From Paraspadella gotoi (Eukaryota; Animalia; Chaetognatha), in contig CM119264.1 in NCBI GenBank assembly GCA_051294375.1, forward strand, positions 619,173 to 683,172: DNA of 64,000 bases, given 5' to 3'. Positions 36,870-49,334 of this stretch are shown in pieces. The position numbers were made by a program, and so were the translations under genes. Position 1 is the stretch's first letter. Each line of letters opens with the position of its first letter. The notes under the pieces were generated by a model. It ran no database searches and was not told where the DNA came from. It worked only from the letters and a program-made list of their open reading frames with translations.

Positions 36870-38290
36870 AGACGGTTACAAAGTTAATCAAACATAGGTC
36901 TCTATTAGCAGAAAGACAAAAAAGAGAGAATTCGAATTGAATTGAATTGTATTAAGAAACGGGCTTTGGGCTACACTTGCTGCCCCTAAAAGGCTCCTAT
37001 CAATTTTACAATATGATTTTTCCAAGGTTGAAAAGTATCTTAAAGATATAAACGAAAATCGTTATTTTATTCCTAAACATGTTTTTCTATGCACATCTTT
37101 CCCAAGAGGCAGTTCAAACAATCTTTCTTTTTTCGAAATTTGCTTCCCAACTAATTAAAAGCTCTATTGGTGACATATTATTGTTAGGTCGAATTTTTTT
37201 CAACAAAATGCTACCAAAAGAGGAATTATTTCGAATTCATGTTTTTTAAACATGAAGAGAGAGGAGAGCAGAGTCTACGAGACGAGAGATGATTGAGAAG
37301 ACGCAGAGAGAAGAGACAGAGAGAGAGAGAGATGAGAGAGAGAGGATAAATTCAGCTAAGCAGTAAATAAAAGACTGAGAGAGTGAGAGAATAAAAGAGA
37401 GAGTGAGAGAGGAGTCAGGCTCTTTTGACTTCTCTCAAACACTGAAATCTTATCTTTTAAAGGGAATCAAGGTTGGCCAGGAAATGCGAACATAAGCCTA
37501 AAATTCCCTTCTTATTCAGGCAAAACGGGGCAACTTGAAAAAAATGTTTTCTATGGGATAAACAGAGAGAGGAGTGAGAGAGAAGCTTAGAGAGAGAGAG
37601 AGAGAGAATGAAGAGCGACTGAGAGAAAGAAAAGAGGCAGAAAGAGAGGAGTGAGGAGAGAGAGAGAAAGAGAGAGAGAGGCTACCGAAAAAGATAGAAA
37701 TAAATAGAAGGAAAAGAGATAGATAGAGAAGCAGAGAAAGAGAAAGAGCAGAGATAGAGAGTGAGAAAGAGAGAGCTAAAGAGAGGGAGGAGATAAGAGC
37801 TTAGAAGAAATAGCGAAACGAGAGACGAAGAGATGAATAGAGATAGAGAGAGAGCTCAGAGAGAGAGAGAGAGAAATTAAATCATCGACAAATTTTATCA
37901 TCGCTTTTTCATTATTTTATTCTTCGGCCCGCCAAAATTCTTTTTAGGAAATCGTTGTTGTTGTTGTTTTGTTGTTCTTATCCATTGCTTCTTCTTCTCT
38001 TCTCTCGCTTCTCATTTGCATTTATGTCATCGTCTATCTTTTCCGCCATCGTCATTGTCATCGTCAATGACATATCTATTTTCGTTGCCATTTTCATTCT
38101 TTCATTGTGGTCATTCGTCATTGCCATTTTGCATCAATCGGTGTCATAGTTATTGCTTATTTCTATTATATGTGACATCTTCATTGTCCATTTCTCTATC
38201 ACTTCGCGTCTCATCGTTATTTTGTTATTCTATTGTATGTACATCTTCATTGTCATTATTGATCCACTGTCATTTCTATTCATTCAGCAT
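36870..38290 (+). repeat. Noisy copy of 17903-18740 joined through (GA)n to a copy of 33553-33964
   Basis: gacggt(t)acaaagttaat...aaacatagg matches 17902 onward; gagaaattaaatcatcgacaa matches ~33580 onward. Confidence 0.85.
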
Positions 38291-38319
38291 CATCTTCATC
38301 ATCGTCCAGTGTTCATTAT

Positions 38320-39324
38320 TGTCCGGGTATCACTCAATTCAAATTATTTAATTTAGGCTTAAATACTGGAGCTCGGATTTCGAAAGGAGAGCTCTTGACG
38401 ATTTCTGAAAAATGTATTCACTTTACTTTTTTTCAAAGGCGTCATGGTCTTTTCGATTTTTTTGTACTATATAAAATAAAAGAATAACCTTATTTTGATA
38501 GAGCTTGCAGCCCAAACGGTAAGGCGCGTTTCTCATGAAATATGGCATGAATTACCTTTAGCGTCACGACCTCTAATTTTCTATGAAAGATACTTTTTCT
38601 CAAAATTTGTCTTCCTTTCATAGAAAATTTTGCAATTATTTTAATCCAATTTTTGGCATTTTAGTTTCTTGATATTTTTTGAAACGAAAAAACATGTTTT
38701 TTCAAAAACACGCGCTCATATAATCTTTCCCACCTTTCTTTTCTTGCCCTACAAGATATTTTTTTCTTCAAGAAAAGTTCAACGGTTGAGCTGCCAACTC
38801 TTCGTTTTAACTTCACTTCGTCAAGAAAGTTAAATTCTGCTGCTCATTAAAAACTCAATGTAAACATTTACATAAAGTTATAAAGTCAAATTGAAATAAA
38901 TTCATAAATTTTAAACTTCATAAAACTCATTAAAAAGTATAAAAACCCGTCTGGAAAATGTGTATAGAGTAGTTTATCTTTAGACTTATAAGTGATACAA
39001 CTCCAAGTATTGTTTACTTGTAGCAAAAGAAGAATTAAATATAAGAAGTAGAAGAAATTGAGCTTTACTGTAAAGGAATCAGTTTTAAATTAAAAATTTA
39101 GTTGTAGGAAATAGTTACATATAAAAAAAAAATTTTCTTTGAAAAATTTAGTTTCTACCGAAAGAAAAATTTTTGTTGTAAATTTTTATAACATTTTATG
39201 TAGATTTTTAATAAAGTTTTCGATTATTTTCAATAAGAAAACCTCCTACAAAGATATCGAGAAAATGATTAAGATACAGTAAATTAAGATTTCTACAATT
39301 TTAGGTTGCATGTGATCCCTGGCC
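38320..39324 (+). mobile_element. Noisy second copy of the Kolobok-like MITE with both genomic flanks
   Basis: Reverse complement of 34000-35027 with many 1-bp indels; flanks join to give the empty site at 35118-35121. Confidence 0.7.
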
Positions 39325-39588
39325 TTAACTCAGTTTCTTTAATCGAAAAAAACTTATGAATTACAATTTTCGTACAACTTAAATTAAATAACAAAAAAGC
39401 AAAACATTCAACGACGACGCNNNNNNNNNNNNNNNNNNNNNNNNNAACGACGACGACAACGACGACGACAACGACGACGACAACAAAATGAATCCAGTCG
39501 GGCGTCAAAATTCATTAACTTTTCTCTCAACCAACGAAAGGCGAGAGAAAAAAATTGGGTAATGAAGAATTCGGATGTCTATTCGCAC

Positions 39589-39849
39589 CTGTCGAGTTAA
39601 GAGGTGCATTTGTCGAGTTAGGAGGTGCATCTGTCGAGTTAGTAGGTGCATTTGTCGAGTTAGGAGGTGCATCTGTCGAGTTAGTAGGTGCATCTGTCGA
39701 GTTAGTAGTTGCATCTGTCGAGTTAGGAGGTGCATCTGTCGAGTTAAGAGGTGAATCTGTCGAGTTAAGAGGTGAATCTGTCGAGTTAGGAGGTGCATCT
39801 GTCGAGTTAGGAGGTGCATCTGTCGAGTTAGGAGATGTACCTTTATTAT
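39589..39849 (-). CDS. Candidate mucin-like exon built from a 21-bp repeat, 12 N-S-T sequons
   Basis: Acceptor taactcag|AT, donor ACAG|gtgcga, 261 nt, phase 1-1; DNKGTSP(NSTDAPP-like)x11 NST with no stops or indels. Confidence 0.45.
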
Positions 39850-40066
39850 CTGAGTTATTTAAACATAATATTAAATATAAACGGGACAGACATACATTTA
39901 TGTACATAAATAAATATATGTATAACAAACATCTTTATATTGTAATTGTATTTATGGCATGAGCAGCTGGCATCGTGAATTCTCGCCTCTCTTTATATCT
40001 TTATGGTTTTGAAAATTTACCTGAACGGGACGGGTTTAGAATTTTTTGAGTTTTTTACTGTCTTAC

Positions 40067-40183
40067 ACGAATGGAGCAAATAGAAGTAGGACTACGCGAA
40101 CTGCGATCACCGCACCCGACAGCTGCAGCGAGTTGAGCCGCAAAAGGTGACGTATAAGGAGTGTGCTTCGCAGTACGTCGCGG
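40067..40183 (-). other. Candidate 117-nt exon
   Basis: Acceptor ttgtatatagtttacag| and donor CGT|gtaaga enclose a CpG-rich block; open in phases 0 and 2, stop in phase 1. Confidence 0.3.
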
Positions 40184-41060
40184 CTGTAAACTATATACAA
40201 CAAAAGACTCTTAGACTCAGACTACATTGGCGCGTCTATTGGTATCAAAAAAGCTGCCCCAATTTCCGGAAACTACTATTTTGTGAGAAGTACGTTTCCA
40301 AATTTACGTAATTAATTCTCGTTCCCAGATATCTAAATACTCTAAATGCATTAAGTACGCTCAACTTAATGGGCCCCTTACTGCATATCAAGATATTTCC
40401 CGAGCCTTATGACCATAAATCTTTAATCGCTGTAAGAACAGGAACAATAAATTAAAAACTAAAATAGAGCAGCAGGTTTCACAGGTACAGGAGATGCGCA
40501 TGTACCATTTTTTTTTTTTATTTGGTGAAGAACTGTATTATTTTTGTTTCTCTTTTTTTTCTGGCTTCGATAATCTATTTTTTAGAAACAAAAAGCTTCC
40601 AAGGCAAAAGAAGAACAAGAGTTGTATATATCTCATTTCGCGGTTCGCGTCGTTCGCGTCGTCTGTGTCGTCGGCCTTACCATTGTCAACAATTCAATAA
40701 ATTTCATGAGCGACACAATTGAAAAGGTGTCACTCAGGATACAAACTCTCACTGCTTACGTGAATATCACGATTCTTACCGAAGTTGCATGTCATCTTCA
40801 CACGAACTTTGTCGTAAAATCTTGATTTTGAGGCAGAGAGGAGATGGAGTCACACTTACAATGTCTTCGCTCTCTCGGTGTGTGTGGAGGAGCGAGAGAG
40901 AGGAGAGAGGAGGAGAGAGAGCACGAGGCCAGAAGAAGAGGAGAAGAGAGAGCAGAGAGACGAGAGAGACGATGACGGGCAGGACCCCAGACAATGATGC
41001 GTCTGGGGAATGATTTATTTTTGGATATTGCCATCTCTCTTCGAAAGAAAAGAAGAGCGC

Positions 41061-41102
<42 letters not shown>

Positions 41103-41492
41103 AGAAGAGAGCAAAAAAAGAGAAAGAAGCATGAGAGAAGAGAGAGAGATGAGATGAGAGAGAGACGAGAGAAAGAGTTGGAGAGAGAGTCATTCCACTG
41201 TAACGATATAAAAGGATTATATTGGAATGTATTTTTATGAGATTTAACTGAGAAGAAGAAAAAAAAAGGAGGCGGAGAAAGAAAGAGACTCAGACGGCGC
41301 CCGCCTCCGCTGCAGCCGCCCGCCGCCGCCGCCCGCCACCGCCGAGGTAAGGTTCGTCCCTCCCTCGAGGTAAGACCGACGAGTTGGGTCAGTTCACGGA
41401 TGGTGAGGGTCAGAGAAGATCACGAAATAAAATAGAAACTGTGAAAGCAGGTCTGGCCTAAAGTGAAGACGAGGTTCACGGATTCCGTGATT

Positions 41493-41900
41493 CCAAAAGA
41501 AGCGGCTCTAAAAGAAGTAGCTCAAAAAGAAGCAGCTCCAAAAGAAGAAGCTCTAAAAAAAGCAGCTCCAAAAGAAGTAGCTCCAAAAGTAGTAGCTCCA
41601 AAAGAAGCAGCTCCAAAAGAAGCAGCTCCATAAAAAGCAGCTCCAAAAGTAGCAGTTCCAAAAGAAGCAGCTCCAAAAGAAGAAGCTCCAAAAAAAAGCA
41701 GCTCCAAAAGAAGTAGCTCCAAAAGTAGCAGCTCCAAAAGAAGCAGCTCCAAAAGTAGCAGTTGCAAAAAAAGCAGCTCCAAAAGTAGCAGCTCCAAATG
41801 AAGCAGCTCCAAAAGAAGCAGCTCCATAAAAAGCAGCTCTAAAAGTAGCAGTTCTAAAAGAAGCAGCTCCAAAAGAAGCAGCTCCCAGAGTAGCAGCTCC
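41493..41900. repeat. 15-bp minisatellite (aaaagaagcagctcc), about 27 units
   Basis: Regular 15-bp period with one 16-bp unit near 41690. Confidence 0.95.
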
Positions 41901-42529
41901 GTCGTTTATTCTGGGATTCTTTATTACGTGGGGGAGCGAGTGATTGATTGGATTGGGTCAGCAAATTCGTGCGCTTGGNNNNNNNNNNAGAGAGAGAAAG
42001 TCCACTTTCTACAAAAATTCTCAGAATCGATTTCCCGATAAAGAAAAGAAAAGTTAAGAATCGAAATCTAAAAAGAAAATGGCGGCTGGATTAGTCGGTC
42101 GGTCTGTCAGTCGGTCGGTCGGTCTGTCAGTGAAGATTTTTTCCTGACCTCAATTCACGATTCACTCTTTTATTCATTGGGAGAGAAAAGCGAAAAATCG
42201 GTGAGGGGAGAGAGAAGGAGAGATGGAGAGAGAGAGAGCATGAGAGAGAGAGGGAGNNNNNNNNNNNNNNNNNNNNNNNNNNNNNNNNNNNNNNNNNNNN
42301 NNNNNNNNNNNNNNNNNNNNNNNNNNNNNNNNNNNNNNNNNNNNNNNNNNNNNNNNNNNNNNNNNNNNNNNNNNNNNNNNNNNNNNNNNNNNNNNNNNNN
42401 NNNNNNNNNNNNNNNNNNNNNNNNNNNNNNNNNNNNNNNNNNNNNNNNNNNNNNNNNNNNNNNNNNNNNNNNNNNNNNNNNNNNNNNNNCTTCTGTGTCC
42501 CTACATACTTTCCACAGGGTATGTATCAT

Positions 42530-42620
42530 TGGGAGTAGATCCCGGTACCTTATTTTCTGTTGATGATGGTAATCCTCAACGAGCCACCGGGTCACTACTG
42601 AAGGTGTCATGCTTATAGGC
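42530..42620 (-). mobile_element. tRNA-headed SINE fragment (same family as 10615 and 52485)
   Basis: Minus strand ctataagcatgacaccttcagtagtgacccggtggctcgttgag...ggtaccgggatctactccc; matches ctataagcatgacaactttggttgtgacccggtgg at 52483. Confidence 0.55.
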
Positions 42621-42679
42621 CTGCTGAACATATTGCAGTTTAATTCAATACATAAGAACAGAAACAAGAACGGTATTTC

Positions 42680-42900
42680 AAATATGTTGCGCCGAAGTGA
42701 CTGCCTTATCACGTGTAATTCTCTTTTCGTGACATGAAGTGACATGACATGACGTGAATGATATGAATTCATGACTACAATAACTTTCTTAGCCCGTGTA
42801 TTTATGACACGCACTGCATCAAAATTCCTTCTTTTATTCCTTATATTTTTAGGAATTTACGAAAGCGACGCTAGCAGTCCCTTAGATTTGAGGTTTTTTC
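42680..42900. mobile_element. Uninterrupted copy of the (ACATG)n-core dispersed repeat
   Basis: Collinear with 15764-15865 plus 16193-16328. Confidence 0.65.
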
Positions 42901-43829
42901 AGTCTTAACAAATGAGCAACCAACTGTAGGCAAATTATATGTATTTTTAATGTAAGTGAGACAGAAGGATGAACAGACATACCGACGGACATACGGACCG
43001 ACCGACCAAAAAGAGAACTCGCGGGGAAAATAAAAAAGACTAACGAGACGAGACCAAATTAAAAGTTGGTTTTTAAATTTTTTGCGGAATTTTGTTGCAG
43101 AAAACAAAAGCTTTTCAAATTCGAACGATTAAAAACCAAAAAAAAAAAATATTATCGAGTTTTGAACACAACAGTTTTTCCCTTTTGTTTATTTCTTTTA
43201 ATATCCGGGCGACAAGCGGAGCCCTCCAGCGTGAAAAACGGATTTGACGGGGGGGGGNNNNNNNNNNNNNNNNNNNNNNNNNNNNNNNNNNNNNNNNNNN
43301 NNNNNNNNNNNNNNNNNNNNNNNNNNNNNNNNNNNNNNNNNNNNNNNNNNNNNNNNNNNNNNNNNNNNNNNNNNNNNNNNNNNNNNNNNNNNNNNNNNNN
43401 NNNNNNNNNNNNNNNNNNNNNNNNNNNNNNNNNNNNNNNNNNNNNNNNNNNNNNNNNNNNNNNNNNNNNNNNNNNNNNNNNNNNNNNNNNNNNNNNNNNN
43501 NNNNNNNNNNNNNNNNNNNNNNNNNNNNNNNNNNNNNNNNNNNNNNNNNNNNNNNNNNNNNNNNNNNNNNNNNNNNNAAAAAATGGCGAATAAAAAAAAA
43601 GAGGAAAATAAATAGAAACTCGAAAAATAAAGACATAAAAATTTCTTGTATAACGAAAATTTCCTCTCGGGCGAAAGTTTTTTTGGCTCAATATTCTGTA
43701 GCTTTCTCTCGGGGGAATCAGACAGGGAAGATGGAGAGAGAGAGAGAGAGAGAGAGACTGAGATACGAGTTGACGGGATGATGACTGGTGCTGGGATGGT
43801 TAGAGGGAGGAGCGCGGAAGATTTTAGTT

Positions 43830-45602
43830 CCTTCCGTCTACTACTTTGTACAAACAAAAAATCATTTCAGAATCGATATTCGCCGATATAAAAGAAAAGA
43901 AAGTTCAGAAGAATGCGAAAATCTAAAAAAGGGGAGAGAAAATGGGCGCTGGATAAAAAAGCCTGGAGATGGATAGTCGTCCGGTGCGGCGGTCTGTCAG
44001 GTCGGGTTGGTCGGTCTGGTTCGGGGTGAAGTTTTTTTGGACCTCAATTTTCACGATCACTCTTTTTTGTTTATTCATGTGGGGTGTGAGAGAAAAGCGG
44101 AAAAATGGTCGTTGAGGGGAAGGAGAGGAGAGAAGGAGAATGGAGAGAGAGATGAGAGCGATGAGAGAGATGGGAGGAGGATGAGAGGTGAGGGAATGGA
44201 AAAAATAAAGAGGGGGAGAGAAGGACGGAGATGCGAGAGAGAGAGAAGCATGGAAAGGAGAGGGAGGACGAGAGGGAGGGAATGGAAAAAATAAAAGAAG
44301 GGGCGGAGAGAGAAGAGAGTGGAGAGAGATAGAGCATGAAAGAGAGAGAGAGAGAGAGAGAGAGACGGAGGGTAATGGAAAAAAAAAAAAAAAATAAAGA
44401 GGGGGAGAGGAGGTGAGAGAGACAGCTGCGTCGAGAGAAGAGGAGAGGAGAAGAAGGGAAAAGAGAGAGAAGACGAGAGAGGGGGAAGAGGAGAGCAGTG
44501 AAAGAAGAGCATCCTCACACAGCAATGGTCTCCTACACAGCCCTCTAAAATAGAGAACCTGGTCCATTGCCACGATTGTGGGAAATAGGTTGTTTCAGTG
44601 ACCTGTTTCTGTTTCCTACATACTTTTCCGCAGGGTATGATCATTGGGGAGTTAGATCCCGGATACCCTTTATTTTCTGTTTGATGATGGTAATCACTCA
44701 ACGAGGCCGGGTCATACTGAACGGGGGGGGTTCGTTGCCTTATAGCCTGCTGAACTATTGCAGTTTTGAATTCAATCCTAAGAACAGAAACAAGATACGT
44801 ATTTCAAATATGTTTTGCTGCGCGAGTGTGACTGCCCTTATCACTGTGTAATCTCTTTTTCGTGACTGAAGTGAAATGAGCTGCGTGGAGATGATATGCA
44901 TTCATGGACTTACATAACGTTGCTTGCCGTGTATTTATGACGACGCACTGCATGCAAATTCCTTCGTTTTATTCCTATAGTTTTTAGGATTTACGGAAAG
45001 CGACGCGGCTAGGCCGAGTCCATTAGATTTGAGGTTTGTTCAGTCTTAACAAATGAGCAACCACTGCTAGGCGAAATTATATGATTTTTAATGAAGTGAG
45101 ACGCAAGGGAGAATGAACAGAATTACCGACGGACCGACCAGGACCGACCGACACCAAAAAAAAAAGAGTACTCCGGCGGGCGGAAAGGTAAAAGAAAAAA
45201 GAAACTAAGCAGGGCAGGACAAAGTAAAAGTTGTTTTTTTAAATTTTTTTTGCCGGAATTTTGTGTGCAGGAAAACGAAAGCTTTCCAAATTCGAACGAT
45301 TTTAAAACAACAAAAAGAAAATATTAGTCGAGTTTTAACACAACAGTTTCCTGTTGTTGTAATTTTCTTTATATCCGTGGCGAAAAGCGGAGCCTCAGCG
45401 TGAAAACGTTGAAAAAAGCGGAATTTTGACGGATGAGTGGAGGGCGTGGACGCGGGATGTCCTGTTTCGTAAAAAAACAAAAGACTAGTCGATTATAATT
45501 CTATCTTTTTAGAGCAAAAAATGATTCGAGGAATAAATAAGAAAATGATAAATAAAAAATGAAAAATAGAAAGAGAAAGTTTGTATAGAAATAGAAGGGA
45601 GG

Positions 45603-45636
<34 letters not shown>

Positions 45637-45900
45637 AGAAGAGAGAGAGGAGAGAGAGAAGATGAGAGAGAGGATCGACGGCGGTGTGTGAAAAGAAGGT
45701 TGCCAAAAATCTATAATGAAAAAATGGCGAATAAAAAAAAGAGGAAATAAATAGTAGAGAAACTCGAAAAAATAAAACATAAATTTTCTTGTGTATAACG
45801 AAAAGTTCTTCGCGGCCGAAAGTTTGTTTTGGGCCCATTTTCTGTCAGCTTTCTCTGCGGAATCAGGACAGAGTGAGGATGGAGAAAAGTAGAGAGGACT
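43830..45900 (+). repeat. Very noisy second copy of ~42000-43760
   Basis: Collinear with heavy insertion bias typical of a raw long read; followed by a 25-N gap at 46089. Confidence 0.85.
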
Positions 45901-46113
45901 AAGAGAACAGGGATGAGAGGAAGGCACTAGGAAGAGAGGCAGGCGCGTGGAGTGTTTTCTTTTTTATACGGTCTCAATATAATTCTAATTTACATTATGT
46001 AATCTCTCACCCGCTGACCGGAGCGAGAGAGAGAGAGAGAGAGAGAGAGACATGAGAGAGAGAGACGAGAGAGAGAGAATGATAGAGGNNNNNNNNNNNN
46101 NNNNNNNNNNNNN

Positions 46114-46148
<35 letters not shown>

Positions 46149-46299
46149 TATATGAATTATGACCATTTTTGCCTCGTCAAAATTATTCGCTCTAAAAACT
46201 TCATTGATTGGCGTTAGAGAAGAGAGCGGAATCATTTCACTGTTTTTCGGTTATGACTGAAGACTCTTTCGTCTTTAAAACATAAATAAAATTGGTGTT

Positions 46300-46450
46300 A
46301 CCAATATGAAAATTACCCATTCATTTAATAAATAAGCTATCTTGCTCCTTACTTTGGACAGGTATTGGTGGTTTAAGGCTTCGGTGCCATAATGACATAG
46401 CACGTCCAAGCAATCTTGTTTTTTCACTCCCAGAGAACTTGGCTTCCATA
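46300..46450 (+). repeat. Short dispersed repeat (also 605-665 and reverse at ~16950-17125)
   Basis: accaatat.aaaatta...catttaataaataagctatcttgc.cct.actttgga shared between the three loci. Confidence 0.6.
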
Positions 46451-47813
46451 TAAATTGATATAATGTTTCAAAGAGTGATTTAGTTGTAGGACTTTCCTTA
46501 AGTATTATATCGGGGAATATTATATTGTACTCGCTTTAAATTACAAGGAGCTTAATTTTAAGAAATTGGCAAAACCAATATAAGATTATTCATTCATTTA
46601 TCATTGGACATTGTGGTATAATTGGACATATAATTTTTTGTGATATTCTCTGCAATAGTTCTCGCTACATCGTACAGTAACTTCTAGAATTTTTTAATTT
46701 GTCTCGTTAGCAGAATTCCTAACCGACACCATTGTCAAATTTTTCAATGCAGCCTTCTGTGCCATTTGCCATTACATGCCTTCTTGCATTCTGCCATTCT
46801 GCATTCGCAATTGCTTAACTTTTTTCATTTCCTTTCTCCGAGAGGGAATTTTGTTCGACTTTTTTCAAGTTGACACGTGCACTAAAAAAACACGAAAGAA
46901 GAAAAAAGTTAACGCCAAAGATTTCTTAACAAGAAAAAGATAAAAAAAATACAAGAAAGTAAAAAAAAACAAGAAAAGAAAAAACAGAGAAACAAAAAAG
47001 AAAAAGAAAAAAAAGAAAAAAATAAAAGAAAAATAAATAAAAAAAAGAAAAAATAAAAAAAGAAAAAAAAAGAAACAAGAAAAGAAAAGAAAGACAGAAA
47101 AAAAGAAAAAAATAAAAAACAAAAAAACAAAACAAAAACAACCAAAAAAAGAGAAAAAAAAATGTTCGGTGTTTGTTTCAGCGACCGCGACGATTCTGGT
47201 TTTCGTGCTCTTTTTTTTCTTTATGTATGACATTTTGCCTCAAAGAGAAAAAAAGTCTCTCTCTTTCTCTTCTCTCTCTCTCACTCTTTTTCGTCTCTCT
47301 ACTCTCCTCTCCCTCTTTTTCTCTCCCTTCTTTTTCTCCCTCCTTCTTCTCTCACTCTCTCTCTCACTCATTTTTTTGCTTTTACTTATTCCCTTTTCAA
47401 CAAGTCAAACTACTCCGCCTTTTTTTTTCTAGCCTTCCTCTTCCTCTTTCTTCTTCTTTCTTTCTCTTCTTCTTCATCTCCTCTTTTCTTCCTTTTTTTC
47501 TTTCATCTCTCTTCTCTTCTCTTTCCTATTCTCTTTTCTCTTCTCCTCTTCTCTTCTTCTTTCTAACTCCCGATATTTTACTTGACATTATAAACAAAAT
47601 AATAAATAAATTAATTAACTAATAAGTTTGAAAAATTGATAATTAAATATCACGATATAATGTAGCTGAATATAGAGGCGTGAATTGAGAGCATGAAATT
47701 TAAAGGTGTGTACAACTCACATAGTATCATTAAAATTTTAAGGCTCATTTGAACTAAGAACAAACAAACTAGCATTCAGAAGATTCCCAGCGTCTTCAGT
47801 ATCTACTGCATTT

Positions 47814-48097
47814 GCAGTATTTAACAGCATCCACAGCATCCCTAGCAGTATTTAACAGCATCCATAACGTCCCTTGCAGTATTTAACTGCATCCACAACA
47901 TCCCTTTCAGTATTTAACAGCATCCACAACATCCCTTGCAGCATTTAACAGCATACACAGCATCCCTTGCAGTATTTAACAGCATCCATAACAGCCCTTG
48001 CAGTATTTAACAGCATACACAGCATCCCTTGCAGTATTCAACAGCATCCACAGCATCCATTGCAGTATTTAACTGCATCGACAGCATCCCTTGCAGT
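47814..48097. repeat. 31-bp minisatellite, 9 units
   Basis: gcagtatttaacagcatccacagcatccctt at 47814, 47845, 47876 ... 48062. Confidence 0.95.
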
Positions 48098-48206
48098 CGT
48101 GACGGTATAATTTTCATTTTCTCATTTACGTCAAGACGCGAGAATCTTTTACGCCCCCTAGCGACGTTCCCTCCAAAATGTTACGTCCTTGCTAATCGGA
48201 GAAGAA

Positions 48207-48247
<41 letters not shown>

Positions 48248-48387
48248 TGACGTCGACGAAACTTCGTTCACGGTACAAATTTGAATCTATATTTGGAAGC
48301 CGTTTGGGAAATCGAAAGGCCCGATAAAATTCTCTCTCTTTCTCTTTCTCTCTCTCTCTCTTTCTCTACTCTCTTTCCTTCTCTTCT

Positions 48388-48425
<38 letters not shown>

Positions 48426-48439
48426 TTCATCTCTCTCTC

Positions 48440-48525
<86 letters not shown>

Positions 48526-48869
48526 CTCTCTCTCTTCCTCTCTTCCCATAGGGAACGCCTCTCACTTTCCGGTTTAATTGCTTCACTTATTCACTCTCAG
48601 TCTTGCATTTTCTTGAAGATTTAATCACTGAACATAATAATCACCGAGATTAAAACTGTCATCTCCACCAGTCATCATGTTGTCGGGCATTGCAATAAGT
48701 TCACCCCGCATATAAGCAGGACACCTTCAGCAAATGACCATCAGGTACCGAGATCCGTCCCCATTGGTCCCAATACAACGGAAAACGTTAGTTCGGCTGT
48801 AAACCGCCTTGGGGGCGTGGAAAACCCTTAAGCCTGGTTCCAAGCCCAGGACCCGTTTCATGGCTCCGA

Positions 48870-49188
48870 GAGGGGCTTAAAGTTGCAGATAGCATTCTCT
48901 AAAGCAAGAGGGGCTTAAAGTTGCGGATAGCATTCTCTAAAGCAAGAGGGGCTTAAAGTTGCGGATAGCACTCTCTAAAGCGAGAGGGGCTTAAAGTTGC
49001 AGATAGCATTCTCTAAAGCAAGAGGGGCTTAAAGTTGCGGATAGCACTCTCTAAAGCAAGAGGAGCTTAAAGTTGCAGATAGCACTCTCTAAAACGAGAG
49101 GGGCTTAAAGTTGCGGATAGCACTCTCTAAAACGAGAGGGGCTTAAAGTTGCGGATAGCATTCTCTAAAGCAAGAGGGGCTTAAAGTT
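48870..49188. repeat. 38-bp minisatellite, 8.4 units, inside a SINE-like element
   Basis: gaggggcttaaagttgc(a/g)gatagca(t/c)tctctaaagcaa at exact 38-bp spacing. Confidence 0.95.
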
Positions 49189-49334
49189 CCTTCGACACTT
49201 ACTTGGTCCCCGCCCTGCCCATGCCCCGTTACTATTTCATACCCGTTTAATAGTAGATCTCCACTCTGTCCCCAGTCTCTATGAGTCTATGGATCCCCAC
49301 TCATACCCTCATAAACGAACGCGTCCCTTCCCAT

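Noticed and set aside
35167-36891. Gly/Pro/Arg-rich ORFs in all frames
   Set aside because: Satellite with variable unit length; frames shift constantly.
40100-40183. TPYTSPFAAQLAAA resembling the ribosomal uS11 motif STPFAAQ
   Set aside because: Only a short motif; flanking residues do not match uS11.
41476-41900. Histone-H1-like (PKEAA)n or (ELLLL)n protein
   Set aside because: The PKEAA frame has TAA stops, a 16-bp unit shifts frame, and no convincing splice sites bound it.
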